From an uncultured virus (IMG/VR IMGVR_UViG_3300028644_000008) (Duplodnaviria; Heunggongvirae; Uroviricota; Caudoviricetes): a stretch of DNA of 64,000 nt. A program made the translations under genes and the position numbers. Shown here piece after piece: positions 17,544 to 27,222 of this stretch (positions are counted from its first letter, which is position 1; the number at the start of each line of letters is the position of its first letter). Below the pieces are notes generated by a model that saw only the letters and a program-made list of their open reading frames with translations, did no database searches and was not told the DNA's origin. The stretch is taken from the IMG/VR virus record IMGVR_UViG_3300028644_000008; one strand, given 5' to 3'.

Positions 17544-18338
17544 TCAGGCCCCAATGCCCAAGAGCGAGAAGTCCCCGTCCTCGTAGACCTTCTCGACGTA
17601 GACGGCGACCGGCTTCTTGATGAGGGTCTTGGCCAGCGCGTCCTCGGCATCGGCGTACCGGACCCACATGTACTCCCAGCCCTTCTTCGAGATCCCACCG
17701 ATGCCGCCCACGGTGATGCCGGCGCGGTTGGGGCTCGAGGCGAACTTGAAGCTGATCTCCCACTTCTCGGTGCCGCGCTTCGAGCCAGAGGCGCCCAGGA
17801 ACAGGCACTCCCCGGGCTGGAAGCCGCGGAAGGCGGCCTGGTTCACCCGGCCGGTCAGCATGAAGAGAATGCCCTTGTACGGGTTCGTGACCACGCTGTC
17901 GGCCAGGTAGTGGGTCTCGGAGAAGCTGTAGACAGGCAGGGTGATGTCCACACCCTCGACCGCGTCGGCCGTGACGCCGATGGCCCCCTTGAAGTCCGGA
18001 GCGTTGACGCCGTACCGGTTCACCGTGGCCAGGCTCTGGGTGATGTGCTGGTTGCCGCCGCCGGTATCGAAGCTGAAGACCGGCTCGTCTCCGGGGCTGC
18101 CGGCCTCAGGGCTCTCGTAGCGGACTGCGACCGTCCAAGTGTGCAGGTTGATGCGTGCGGTGATCTCGATGGATTTCCGGGGCAGGCCGGCGTAGGTCGT
18201 GGGCGTCCCCACCGTGGCCACGGCCTTGACCTCATCCTCGTCGGCCGCGTCCCGGACCACGAAGGAAATCTCGGCCGAGGACTTCTCGGCCATGGTCTCG
18301 GTGCGTCCCGAGAAGAGTTCCTCGATCACCGCGGGCAT
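17544..18338 (-). CDS. Distal tail-like protein
   Basis: Directly downstream of the tape measure; beta-rich, 264 aa. Confidence 0.6.
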   Translation of the reverse strand: MPAVIEELFSGRTETMAEKSSAEISFVVRDAADEDEVKAVATVGTPTTYAGLPRKSIEITARINLHTWTVAVRYESPEAGSPGDEPVFSFDTGGGNQHITQSLATVNRYGVNAPDFKGAIGVTADAVEGVDITLPVYSFSETHYLADSVVTNPYKGILFMLTGRVNQAAFRGFQPGECLFLGASGSKRGTEKWEISFKFASSPNRAGITVGGIGGISKKGWEYMWVRYADAEDALAKTLIKKPVAVYVEKVYEDGDFSLLGIGA

Positions 18339-20290
18339 CAGTCGAACTCCTGCCCGTTATCGGCCATGCGGTCGACGATCTTCTTGGTGTTCTTGGCGGT
18401 CTCTTCGGCCGCCTTGGCAGTGCGTTCCTCCACCAGGCTGGGGCCCACGGCCAAGCCCCTAGCTGCTTCGGCGCTGAACGTGCCCACGACCTCGATCTTC
18501 GAGATCCGTTCCACGGCCGGCAGAATCTCGTCCTGGAACTTCTCGCGCGGCGGGATGGTCGGCGCCTCAGGCGGTGGCTCGGGCTTCTTCTGCTCTGCGG
18601 CCAGGCGCTTGGCCTTGGCCTCTGCCAGTGCCGCCGCCCACTCGTCCTTGGCCGCTTTCAGGGCGGCCTCCGAGTCGGCCAGATCCTTGTCGTGGCTCTC
18701 CTTCCGGGCCTTGTCCTTGGCGTCGGCCTCGTCGAGGATGGAGTTGATGACCTCTTTGCGCTCGACCTCGATGGCGGCCAGCTCCTTGTCCCGTTCTGCG
18801 CGGGTTGCCTCGCTCCGCACCTCGGCCGACTTGTTCATCTCTGCGGTCCGGCGGTCGATATTGCGGCTGACGGCTTCCACGTCGATGCTGGAGTCGAGGG
18901 TGCCCAGCACCTTGGCCCACTGTTTAGCCATCCATCCCTGTACCCGGTTCCAGATCCTGAGCACCGCCGTGGAGAACCGGGTCCAGAGGTTCAGCAGGAA
19001 GTTGATGGTGCCGGTCCAGATCTTCCGCAGTCCGTACCAGGCCTCGGCCACCACGATGGTGAGGCCGTCGAAAATGTCGCTCGAAGTCTGCAGGAACCAG
19101 TACTTGAACGCGTACCAGTAACCCTTGAGCCAGTTGATGCCGGCCTGCCAAACCACCTTCATGGACAGCCACATGATCCTGGCCGCCAGGGCGATATCCC
19201 CGGCCGCCAGCGCGTCTTTGATGCCCTGGAGCGAGTCCAGGGCGAAGCTCTTGAGATCGTCGAACCGCGCGCCCAGCCACTCGAGCGCCTTGCCGCCAGC
19301 GCCCGTCGCCCACACGATATAGGCGGCCAGGCCAGCCAGGGCGGTCACGACCATCCCTACTGGCGTCAGAATGAAGCCCAGCGCGGTGGAGATCACCGAC
19401 GCCATGACCCCGAATGCGGTGCCCACCGCCGAGACCACGGGCCCCAACGCGGTCAGCCCCACGCCCACGCCGAGGACCACCGCCCCAATCTTGAGGATCG
19501 AGACCACGAGGCCTCGGTTTTCGGCGAGCCAGTCCCGGAAGGCCATGATCAGCCGGGTGACCTTGTCGGCCATCTCGGTCATGATGGGCGCGAGCGCCGA
19601 GCCTACCGTCACGACCAGGCTCCGCAGTGTTGCCATGACACGGTTGAAGGCGTCGTTGAGCGCAGCTGCCGCCTTGGCATCCTGCGTCGACATGACCACG
19701 CCCAGGCGCCTGGCCTCGGCCCTGGCCTCCCCCAGGCCGTCGATCATGGGCAGGAGCATGGTGCCGGACTTGCCGAAGATCTCCATGGCGGCCGCCGCCT
19801 TGAGCGTGGGATCGGAGATATCGTTGAGCCGTTTGGCGATGGCCAGGAACTGGTCCTCGGGCTTCAAGATCTGCAGCTGCTCTGCGTCGAAACCGAGCGT
19901 GGCCAACGCCTCGGCGGCCGTCTTCGAGCCATCGGCGGCGTTGACGATCACTCGCTGCATACGCTTGGCAGCGGCCTCTACGTCGGCCAAGTCCGCGCCG
20001 GCCATGTCCGCGGCGTAGCCCAGCTCCGAGAGCGTCTCCACGCTGAACCCGGTGCGTTTGGCCATCTTGTCGAGCTTATCGCCCATATCAGAGAAGCCCT
20101 TGGCGCTGGCCAGCAAGGGCGTCACGATACCGGCGCCCACGGCCATCATCCGCAGGCCGGTGGCTTCCAGGCCGGCGCCGAAGGCTTTCAGCCGCCGTGA
20201 GGCAGCCTGCAGCCCCTTCACAAGCCCCAGGTCGTTGGCGTAGAGCTCGATGAAGGCCGCGCCGGCCCGGATGCCGCCTGCCGATGCCAT
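18338..20290 (-). CDS. Tail tape measure protein (650 aa)
   Basis: IRAGAAFIEL start, AMEIFGKSG motif, hydrophobic middle, Trp-spaced repeats, coiled-coil end. Confidence 0.9.
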   Translation of the reverse strand: MASAGGIRAGAAFIELYANDLGLVKGLQAASRRLKAFGAGLEATGLRMMAVGAGIVTPLLASAKGFSDMGDKLDKMAKRTGFSVETLSELGYAADMAGADLADVEAAAKRMQRVIVNAADGSKTAAEALATLGFDAEQLQILKPEDQFLAIAKRLNDISDPTLKAAAAMEIFGKSGTMLLPMIDGLGEARAEARRLGVVMSTQDAKAAAALNDAFNRVMATLRSLVVTVGSALAPIMTEMADKVTRLIMAFRDWLAENRGLVVSILKIGAVVLGVGVGLTALGPVVSAVGTAFGVMASVISTALGFILTPVGMVVTALAGLAAYIVWATGAGGKALEWLGARFDDLKSFALDSLQGIKDALAAGDIALAARIMWLSMKVVWQAGINWLKGYWYAFKYWFLQTSSDIFDGLTIVVAEAWYGLRKIWTGTINFLLNLWTRFSTAVLRIWNRVQGWMAKQWAKVLGTLDSSIDVEAVSRNIDRRTAEMNKSAEVRSEATRAERDKELAAIEVERKEVINSILDEADAKDKARKESHDKDLADSEAALKAAKDEWAAALAEAKAKRLAAEQKKPEPPPEAPTIPPREKFQDEILPAVERISKIEVVGTFSAEAARGLAVGPSLVEERTAKAAEETAKNTKKIVDRMADNGQEFD

Positions 20291-20293
20291 GGG

Positions 20294-20500
20294 TTACTTC
20301 CCCGGGTCTGCCAGAGCCCACCAGCCGGCCGGGAGCACCACCACCGCCGGCACTTCCCGGCCGTCCTTGTCAGCTACCCAGACCTTGGCCTTGACCGGCT
20401 CCCGGAGTCTGACCGGCTCCCCCTCGGGAACCACGATGACTCTGGCCCCACAGCCAAGACAGGCAATGAAGAGCAATGCGACTATTGCGAGGCTACGCAT
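20294..20500 (-). CDS. Small lipoprotein (o-spanin candidate)
   Basis: MRSLAIVALLFIACLGC lipobox-like N-terminus. Confidence 0.55.
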   Translation of the reverse strand: MRSLAIVALLFIACLGCGARVIVVPEGEPVRLREPVKAKVWVADKDGREVPAVVVLPAGWWALADPGK

Positions 20501-20951
20501 GTATCCCGATCCTCCAATCCGGCATGCGGTTCCCGTTGCGCCACTTCGCCCAATTGCAGTTGGAACACAGGACCTGATATCCCGCCGGATACCCATTGCG
20601 CCTGAGCAAATAGTAGATGTTCTTGCGGCCCAACTCCTTTCGGTGCTTGTTCCCATCGCCGTTGACGTGATCTACTGCCAGCACTACGGGATCTGATTCG
20701 CCGCAACAGATGCACTTGCCGCCATAGGCGCTAACCACTTCGTTTCTCAGCTGTTGTCTCTTAGCGCGCGCGAGCGCTCGCCTTCTAGCCACTTTCTCGG
20801 GGGCCAGCCTTATCCGCTGGTAGCGATCACGGTAATACACGCGAATGCAATCCACACACCATCCTCTGCGCCCAGTCCTGCATGGGAGCCGGCGTCTGAT
20901 GAATGCCTCATCAGGGCACTCGCGTCCGCAGTGGCTGCAGACTGCGCTCAT
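20493..20951 (-). CDS. HNH endonuclease (homing-type, zinc-binding)
   Basis: CICCGE..LAVDHVNGDG..LCSNCN plus an N-terminal CSHC..CVDC. Confidence 0.8.
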   Translation of the reverse strand: MSAVCSHCGRECPDEAFIRRRLPCRTGRRGWCVDCIRVYYRDRYQRIRLAPEKVARRRALARAKRQQLRNEVVSAYGGKCICCGESDPVVLAVDHVNGDGNKHRKELGRKNIYYLLRRNGYPAGYQVLCSNCNWAKWRNGNRMPDWRIGIHA

Positions 20952-21139
20952 TTCGTGCTCTTGGCTTCCCGAACCCGCTTGATCAGACGCTCGCGCAGAT
21001 CGTCACGGCGAGCACCATCCTCGACGCTGTCGGCCAGCCCTTCCCTGATCGCATAGGCGAGCACCTCCACAAGCACCGGGGCGCACTCGGCGAGCATCGC
21101 ACCGAGGAAGCGCCCCAGCACGACCGCCAGGCCGCTCAC
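20948..21139 (-). CDS. Small membrane-anchored protein
   Basis: Hydrophobic N-terminus, charged helical C-terminus; 4-nt overlaps on both sides. Confidence 0.5.
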   Translation of the reverse strand: MSGLAVVLGRFLGAMLAECAPVLVEVLAYAIREGLADSVEDGARRDDLRERLIKRVREAKSTK

Positions 21140-21333
21140 TTGACCCCCACGTCCTCGGACGTGACGCGATTGTCACGCGCGGCGATCAACCCGATCCCGG
21201 CCGCCACCGCGGCGCACACCGCCGTCCAGTCCGGGTTGGTGTTCGGGTCGCCGTCGACCAGCAGCTTCACCGCGCCGGCCACCGCCGTCAGGATCGCGCA
21301 GATCCCCATCACCGTAGTCTTCCAGCTCTTCAC
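21136..21333 (-). CDS. Holin-like protein (two TM segments)
   Basis: MKSWKTT start, two hydrophobic helices, charged tail. Confidence 0.6.
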   Translation of the reverse strand: MKSWKTTVMGICAILTAVAGAVKLLVDGDPNTNPDWTAVCAAVAAGIGLIAARDNRVTSEDVGVK

Positions 21334-21352
21334 GTTCGGCCTCCTTCCTCAG

Positions 21353-21550
21353 CTATGTTCCATCCACGAAGACCACCTTCAGGATGGACAGGTTCTTGGT
21401 CTTGGGCGCCGACCTCGCTCGCTGCAGGTACGGGTGGAAGCTCTCAGCGCCGTAGGGCCCGTGCTTCTTGGGGTCCCGGTTCACATTTGCGATCATTGCC
21501 ATGATGGATGCCGTATGGTTCCAGGCCTCGCGGCTCTTGCCCTCGGCCAT
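21353..21550 (-). CDS. Tail assembly chaperone C-terminal (gpT-like) ORF, probably reached by -1 frameshift
   Basis: Frame is open upstream (WRLAGIIGVEPGPFTLRELAWM) back to the slippery site at 21763-21769. Confidence 0.6.
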   Translation of the reverse strand: MAEGKSREAWNHTASIMAMIANVNRDPKKHGPYGAESFHPYLQRARSAPKTKNLSILKVVFVDGT

Positions 21551-21585
21551 CCAGGCGAGTTCCCGCAGCGTGAATGGCCCTGGCT

Positions 21586-22059
21586 CTACTCCGATGATGC
21601 CGGCGAGCCGCCAGATGAGCTGCCACGTTCGGCCAGCGCCGCCTCGAACTGGGCATCCAGCTCCGGGCTGATCAGCCGCTGCTCGGCCCTGGTCAGGATC
21701 ATGGCCTGGAAGGTGTCGAACTTGTCCATCAGCTTCCGGAGCACCTTCCGGCGGCCCTGGGGGAAAAAATCGACGAGTTCCCCCGAGAGAGCTGCAATCG
21801 CGCCGTCGAGCGCATCGCCGCCCATAGCCCGGCCGAAGTCCTCGTCCGAGACCTTCTGGGCGTCGGCCTCGGGCTTGACCACGGCGTAGAGCACGTCGCA
21901 GAGGAAGACCGGATCTCCAGAGAGCCGGTCGATCAGCTTCCCCTCCAGCACCTCGAGGAGGTCCACGGCCAGGAGCGAGCGCACGCGCTTGAGCGCATCC
22001 ACGTTCACCTGGATGGACCAGGTCCGGCCGGCGTTGTCCTTGAAGGTTCGCATGGCCAT
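21586..22059 (-). CDS. Tail assembly chaperone (gpG-like)
   Basis: Between tail tube and tape measure; contains T TTT TTC at the DFF codons. Confidence 0.7.
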   Translation of the reverse strand: MAMRTFKDNAGRTWSIQVNVDALKRVRSLLAVDLLEVLEGKLIDRLSGDPVFLCDVLYAVVKPEADAQKVSDEDFGRAMGGDALDGAIAALSGELVDFFPQGRRKVLRKLMDKFDTFQAMILTRAEQRLISPELDAQFEAALAERGSSSGGSPASSE

Positions 22060-22066
22060 CCTCCTC

Positions 22067-22504
22067 TCAGGTGACCTTCATCCACTCGGGAGCGTGCTCG
22101 GCGTAGGTCGGCTTGATGGTCACCGACACCGACATGGCTTCCTCGAGTGGCTCCTTGCGGCTGAAGCTGATCACCGACATGGTCGCGCGCAGGCCCTGGC
22201 TGCCCGACGTCGCTATGGGACCATCCATGACCGCCATCTCCACCGGCGTGTCGCCGAACCAGGCGTTCTGCAGCGCGGTGAAGCCGGCGTCCTCGGTGTC
22301 CCAGACCATCTCGAACTCGATGGAGCCCTCTTTGAGCGTCCCCACCGTCGCCTTCCAGCCGGCGTTGCCGCGCGTGGTGAGATCGGCCTCACCCTTCTCG
22401 AGGGTCAGGGTCACGTCCTTGACGTTCTTCAGCTCCTTCCAGTCCGGCGTCGCGTAGCTGCCGGCGTTGTAGTAGAGCTTGCCTTCCATGCCCAGTCGGT
22501 TCAT
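22067..22504 (-). CDS. Major tail tube protein
   Basis: VKDVTL..EADLTTR..GWKAT..LKEGSIEFEM..EPLEE pattern. Confidence 0.8.
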   Translation of the reverse strand: MNRLGMEGKLYYNAGSYATPDWKELKNVKDVTLTLEKGEADLTTRGNAGWKATVGTLKEGSIEFEMVWDTEDAGFTALQNAWFGDTPVEMAVMDGPIATSGSQGLRATMSVISFSRKEPLEEAMSVSVTIKPTYAEHAPEWMKVT

Positions 22505-22515
22505 GCGTTGTCCTC

Positions 22516-23091
22516 CTACCCTCGGACCGAGTTAGCCCACATCTTCGAGATCTGCGGCCGGCCGATCTGCAGGGCCGGGCCCATGAACGGCCGCCGCGGG
22601 TACCTCCGCGGCTTGGTGCTCTGCGCCGGACGATGGGCCGGCGGCAGCTTCGCCGCCTCTTCCTTTGCCCGGGCGACCTGCCTGGCGGTCTTGAGCCGGA
22701 CCACCACCGGCTTGCCGCCGTCAACCGAGATCGGGCCATGGCCGCCGACCTCGAACTTCCAGTTGGTCTTCCGCGCCTTGCGTTTCTTGGCCGGCTCCGT
22801 GCCGCCGAACTCGTGGGTCCGGCCAATCTTCCCCACCGCGGTCACCGTCGGCCCGATCACCACGCCCTGCCGGGCCTTCTCCACCCCGAACAGGATCGCA
22901 TCCTTGAGCCGACCCTTCCGGCTGTGCGGCTGGTGCCCGGGCGCCGATGGCTCGGCCGAGACCTTGATGCTCCGCCGGGCGATCCCCCGTAGATAGGCGC
23001 CGGCCTTGCCCAGGCTCTTAATCGAGCCCTTGCGGGTGGCCCGCACCACCTTGCGGCGGTCCATCCGGGAGCGCACCTTCACGCGAACCAC
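22516..23091 (-). CDS. Tail completion / HK97 gp10-like protein
   Basis: Basic; SAPG.PH, HEFGG and YPRRPFMGPAL motifs. Confidence 0.7.
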   Translation of the reverse strand: MVRVKVRSRMDRRKVVRATRKGSIKSLGKAGAYLRGIARRSIKVSAEPSAPGHQPHSRKGRLKDAILFGVEKARQGVVIGPTVTAVGKIGRTHEFGGTEPAKKRKARKTNWKFEVGGHGPISVDGGKPVVVRLKTARQVARAKEEAAKLPPAHRPAQSTKPRRYPRRPFMGPALQIGRPQISKMWANSVRG

Positions 23092-23093
23092 GG

Positions 23094-23507
23094 TCAGAAT
23101 CCCTGCGGCATCGCGCCGCGTGGATAGCGCAGGTAGTGAGCCTCGAGCCAGGCGCTGCCTGCTGGCTGGCCGGAACCGTTCTTTACGAAGGCCACGAGCC
23201 GGCCACCGCCCGGGATGATCACGCGCTTGGTGACGTAGCAGTCCAGGAGGTCGAGATCCGAGCCCGAGCGCTCCTTGGTCATAGCCAGGTCCACCCAGGC
23301 CTTGTCGACGCCGACGATGGGCTCCATCTGTAGCACCGCGTAGCACGGCGCGCTGTTGGGCACGTAGACCGACACCGCGGTGAGCAGCCAGTTCTCGTCG
23401 GCCGGCACAGTGCTGCCATGGAAGGTGACACTGCCGCCGGCGGGCACATGGCCCTCGACCTCCTCCAGGAAGAGCGGCGGCATCCGGCCGATATCAAGGT
23501 TCCACAT
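23094..23507 (-). CDS. Hypothetical virion protein
   Basis: ORF tightly packed in the late operon. Confidence 0.5.
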   Translation of the reverse strand: MWNLDIGRMPPLFLEEVEGHVPAGGSVTFHGSTVPADENWLLTAVSVYVPNSAPCYAVLQMEPIVGVDKAWVDLAMTKERSGSDLDLLDCYVTKRVIIPGGGRLVAFVKNGSGQPAGSAWLEAHYLRYPRGAMPQGF

Positions 23508-23511
23508 GGCG

Positions 23512-23943
23512 TTACTCCATGATCCGAAAGGTGAAGGTGAGCACCGACGTGAACTGCCGCAGCTCGGCCATGTGCTCCTGACTGTAGATGGGCACGTTCT
23601 CGGTCTTGACCCAGACCACAAGCGGCTCGTGCGCCAGACGCTTGAGCTTGAAGACCGCCGCGATCTCCTCCACGAGCTGCATGAGCGGATCGACCTCGGC
23701 AGGATCAGTCGTGGCGAGCTTCTTCTGCACCGCCACGTCGACCTTGGCCTCCCGCGGCGTGCTTCCCCGCGAGCCCAGTTCCTGCTCGAGTCCTTTGGGC
23801 ACCACCGTCACATGCAGCGTCTTCATGTCAGCCAGCTCGAAGATCGGCTGGTAAGCGCGCACCGCCGTGACCGGCATGGAGAGCGTCGCCGAGTTCAACT
23901 CGGCGGCCACGGCATCAGCGATCTGCGGAAGAATTGCCGGCAC
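23512..23943 (-). CDS. Tail terminator-like protein
   Basis: Position, size (143 aa) and FTSVLTFTF end. Confidence 0.6.
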   Translation of the reverse strand: MPAILPQIADAVAAELNSATLSMPVTAVRAYQPIFELADMKTLHVTVVPKGLEQELGSRGSTPREAKVDVAVQKKLATTDPAEVDPLMQLVEEIAAVFKLKRLAHEPLVVWVKTENVPIYSQEHMAELRQFTSVLTFTFRIME

Positions 23944-24202
23944 GGGTGGAGTCCTTCTTGCTAGTCGAGAGCGCCGCAGTAGTCTTCTCCAGGGCAGCCA
24001 ACAGCGTCTCCCGGACCCACTTGTGGTCGCGTTCGATGGCCTCAGACATGCGCTTCTCGCGCAGCCAGTCCCGCCAGAGCACGTACCCGACCACCAGGCC
24101 GGCCAGGCCCCACTGCGCCCACATGGCGCCGTCGCCGCCGACCGGCACGGAGATGGCCAAGAGCGCGCCCATCCCCGTCTTCATGGCGATGTCCACCATC
24201 AT
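23915..24202 (-). CDS. Small membrane protein
   Basis: TM segment WAQWGLAGLVVGYVLW followed by a coiled coil (BhlA-holin-like layout). Confidence 0.5.
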   Translation of the reverse strand: MMVDIAMKTGMGALLAISVPVGGDGAMWAQWGLAGLVVGYVLWRDWLREKRMSEAIERDHKWVRETLLAALEKTTAALSTSKKDSTRAGNSSADR

Positions 24203-24582
24203 GGCGCCTCCTCCGCCGCGACCTGCTTGGTATGAATCCGGAAGGTGTGCCGGTACAGATCCGAATACCGCCACTCTGGCTCCCTTCCTGGCGCCATGAC
24301 CTCGTAGACGTAGATCGTGGTCCCCTGGCGCTCCCGCACCTGGTCGCCGCGCTTGGGAGTCGTTTCCGCCCCCGCGAGCACCAGTTCGCGGGCCAGGACC
24401 AGGTAGTCCCTGGTCTCTGTCCGCTCGGCCACGCCGTAGTCGTTGAGGATTTCGAAGACCGTCTTGCCAATCGTGGCCCGGACTTCGATGGCCTCCCCGG
24501 CGCGAACGTAGTGGACGGCCCGCGAAGCATGCTTTACGCGCTCGCGTTCCAGCCACTCCAATCCGCGCCGGAGGAGATCCAT
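24199..24582 (-). CDS. Head-tail joining/closure-like protein
   Basis: PKRGD and RIHTK motifs; position after the capsid genes. Confidence 0.6.
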   Translation of the reverse strand: MDLLRRGLEWLERERVKHASRAVHYVRAGEAIEVRATIGKTVFEILNDYGVAERTETRDYLVLARELVLAGAETTPKRGDQVRERQGTTIYVYEVMAPGREPEWRYSDLYRHTFRIHTKQVAAEEAP

Positions 24583-24591
24583 CGCCGGCTC

Positions 24592-24930
24592 CTACTGGCT
24601 GAGCCTGGCCCGGACGGCTTCGTCGGCGTCGGCCGCCGCCTTCACCGACTTCCCGAGGTACTTGTTGGCCCCGGCCTCGTCGTCGGTCTTGGCGACCTTG
24701 TCGGCCTCGTCCCAGTAGAGCTTGGCCCCGGCCGCAATGGCACTGCCCGCACCGGTTGCCTTGGGGAAGTCGAAGACCCCGGCCACCGCCAGCGCCGCGA
24801 GTTCGCCGGCCTTGTGGTTGCGCTTCGTCACCCCCACCAGGTCGCCCACCACCACCACCGACCCGGCCGCCACATCCGCGACCGGCACGTAGTCGATGGC
24901 ATTGCCCTCATGCACGTACTCGGTGATCAT
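24592..24930 (-). CDS. DUF2190-like capsid cement protein
   Basis: G..IDY.P..VAAG.VVV.G..GVFDFPK..G.KLYWD pattern directly after the capsid gene. Confidence 0.8.
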   Translation of the reverse strand: MITEYVHEGNAIDYVPVADVAAGSVVVVGDLVGVTKRNHKAGELAALAVAGVFDFPKATGAGSAIAAGAKLYWDEADKVAKTDDEAGANKYLGKSVKAAADADEAVRARLSQ

Positions 24931-24948
24931 CGCTCAGTTCCTTTCTGC

Positions 24949-27222
24949 TCAAGCCTCGCCCTTGACCTTCACCGCTCCGCGCGGATCCTGCTCCTGGACC
25001 CCCACATCCAGATATCCGCGGAAGCCCATGCCGAGCATGTTGGCCGGGGCATCGACCCTTTCGATGACCGGCTCGCGGCGGCCGTTGAGGAAGACCACCT
25101 CGAAGGCCGGCAGCACCGCGGGGTTGGCGAAGAGGTACCACGCCTTGGAGCTCGCCCCGGAGAAGAAGGTGTCCGAGAGGTGCGGCGCCGAGACCACCCG
25201 GTACTTGTTGCGGTGGGGGTTGTCGGTCGGGATCTTGGTCTTCACCCCCATCGAGTCCATCATCAGCTGCGCCGCGCCGATCAGGACGTCCGCCTCGGTC
25301 TCGAGTTCGACCGGCACCACCAGGATCTCCGGCCGAACGTTGATGGGCTTCTTGTCCCGCTCCTTCGTCCCGGGTCCGGCCTTCTGCTTCCGGAAGAGCG
25401 TCCGCGCCTTGGTCAGGCTGTCCGGCCCGAAGGCGCTGTCCGCGCCGTCCAGGAAGTTGCCGTTGGGCGTGCCGAAGAAGCCGCCGGGATTGGCGAGCAA
25501 GAGCGAGAAGAAGAGCTCGTCGATCAGCTCCGCGCCGCTCCGGCCCATCTGGCTGGGGATCTCGAGGAACGCCCCGAGATCGTCGTTGATGACGTCCTTC
25601 CTGGTGAGCATCAGCATCTGGCCGTAGGTGTCGGCCTTGTTGCGGAAGCCCTGCTCACCGAGCCGGCCGTGCTTCAACTCCCCGTCCGGAGCGACCTTCT
25701 CGAAGCCCCCGGTGCCCAAGAGGCGATACCGGGTCACCTCCTTGAAGTCGCTGACCGAACCGACCTGGGCCAGCTCCAGGGCGGCAATCGGAGTCGCCTC
25801 GTAGCTGGCCAGCATCACCCGGTTCATCACCGACTCGAGGATCCCCGGCAGGCTCACCGTCGAGAACCCCGCGGTAATGGTCTCGGCCCCGTCGCCGAAC
25901 ACCCGGGGCACCGACATCCCCTCCATCCGGGCGCACTCGGCCACCAGTTCCCGCAGCCCGATGTGCCGCATCGGGTGCGCCGCGTCCAGCGCCCGCTCCC
26001 CGAAGACGCCGAGCAGCTTCTTGGCGTCAAGCCCCGCCGACAGGCACACCGCCGCCTCCAGCACCTTGGCCGACGGCACCGACGCCCCCGTGACCACCGC
26101 CGGCGCCTTCGGCCGGCTCGCCCGGAGCACCTCCAGCTCCGTCTTGACCACGTCCCACCCCTCGGCGATGGCCCTGGCCGCGACCTCCGCGTGGTCCTGG
26201 CCGCAGAGCTTCCGGATCGACTCGATCCGCTTGAGCTCCCCGGAGTACTCGGCCCGGAGCCCGGCGATGGCATCGGCGCCGTCCGGCGCGCCAGCGGCGC
26301 CACCCTCGGACGGGTCGGCCACCGCCACGGCAGCGCCCGCAGCCGCCGGCTCCGCAGCCGCACCGGCCGCCGGATCGGCACCGGCAGCCACGGCCGCCTT
26401 GCCCTCGGCCTGCCACATCGCCTTCAGGTTCGCCGTCTGCGCGTCCGACAGCTTGGCCAGCTCAAAGTCCTTCCCAGACAGCCACTGCTCGAAGTCCATG
26501 TCCTCGACCTCCGTATCCAGAGCCAAACTCGCATCGGAACGCGCGGCGACCGTCGCCGACGCATCCTCGTCCGCACCCAATGCCACGAAGCTCACCTCGC
26601 CCAGCACCGACTTCCGGACCACGTAGACCGGCCCGGTGAAGGTCGCCCCGTTGGCGCGCGCGTCGCGCCCCTCCGGGATGAAGACCACCTTCTGAGCCTT
26701 GGCGCCGATGGACGCCTGCCAGGGGAAGCCGTTCTCGCTCGAGGAGATGATCTCGCTCGCCGCCGGCCCCGTGCCCGAGATCACCCCGGAGACGTTGATG
26801 GCGCTCTCCGAGAGCGCGATGTTGTCGGTGTGTCCCACGATCTGGGCGACGTCATGGTCCTTCAGGATCGGCCGGCTCCGAGCCGCCACCCGCATCCCGG
26901 CCAGGTCGACCACGACTGGGTGCGGCCACCCACCCAGCTCCATCGCCCCACCCGTGTAGGCCACCATCTGGAAGCGCCGGAGCTTTCGGGCCACGAGCGC
27001 ACCCTCGCCCTCCATGGCCTTGGCCTCCACCGCCTGCCAGCCGGTCACCGCCGACGTGATCTGAAGCCGCTTGTCCATGCCGTCTGCCCTCCCGTACTGA
27101 GCCTCGCACACCGCCAGCCGCTGAGCCGCCTTCGGAAAGTCCCGCACCATGACCGGCGCAGACATGCACCGCGCCACGAACTGCTCGTGGTTCTCGCCCG
27201 GCCGTTTCTCAGGCAGCGGCAT
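24949..27222 (-). CDS. Prohead protease-scaffold-major capsid fusion protein
   Basis: AYTGG..HD..VGH..WQASIG..EVSFV..GAD protease, Ala-rich linker, Mu gpT-like capsid (DFK, TYG, INDDLGAF, FLNG). Confidence 0.85.
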   Translation of the reverse strand: MPLPEKRPGENHEQFVARCMSAPVMVRDFPKAAQRLAVCEAQYGRADGMDKRLQITSAVTGWQAVEAKAMEGEGALVARKLRRFQMVAYTGGAMELGGWPHPVVVDLAGMRVAARSRPILKDHDVAQIVGHTDNIALSESAINVSGVISGTGPAASEIISSSENGFPWQASIGAKAQKVVFIPEGRDARANGATFTGPVYVVRKSVLGEVSFVALGADEDASATVAARSDASLALDTEVEDMDFEQWLSGKDFELAKLSDAQTANLKAMWQAEGKAAVAAGADPAAGAAAEPAAAGAAVAVADPSEGGAAGAPDGADAIAGLRAEYSGELKRIESIRKLCGQDHAEVAARAIAEGWDVVKTELEVLRASRPKAPAVVTGASVPSAKVLEAAVCLSAGLDAKKLLGVFGERALDAAHPMRHIGLRELVAECARMEGMSVPRVFGDGAETITAGFSTVSLPGILESVMNRVMLASYEATPIAALELAQVGSVSDFKEVTRYRLLGTGGFEKVAPDGELKHGRLGEQGFRNKADTYGQMLMLTRKDVINDDLGAFLEIPSQMGRSGAELIDELFFSLLLANPGGFFGTPNGNFLDGADSAFGPDSLTKARTLFRKQKAGPGTKERDKKPINVRPEILVVPVELETEADVLIGAAQLMMDSMGVKTKIPTDNPHRNKYRVVSAPHLSDTFFSGASSKAWYLFANPAVLPAFEVVFLNGRREPVIERVDAPANMLGMGFRGYLDVGVQEQDPRGAVKVKGEA

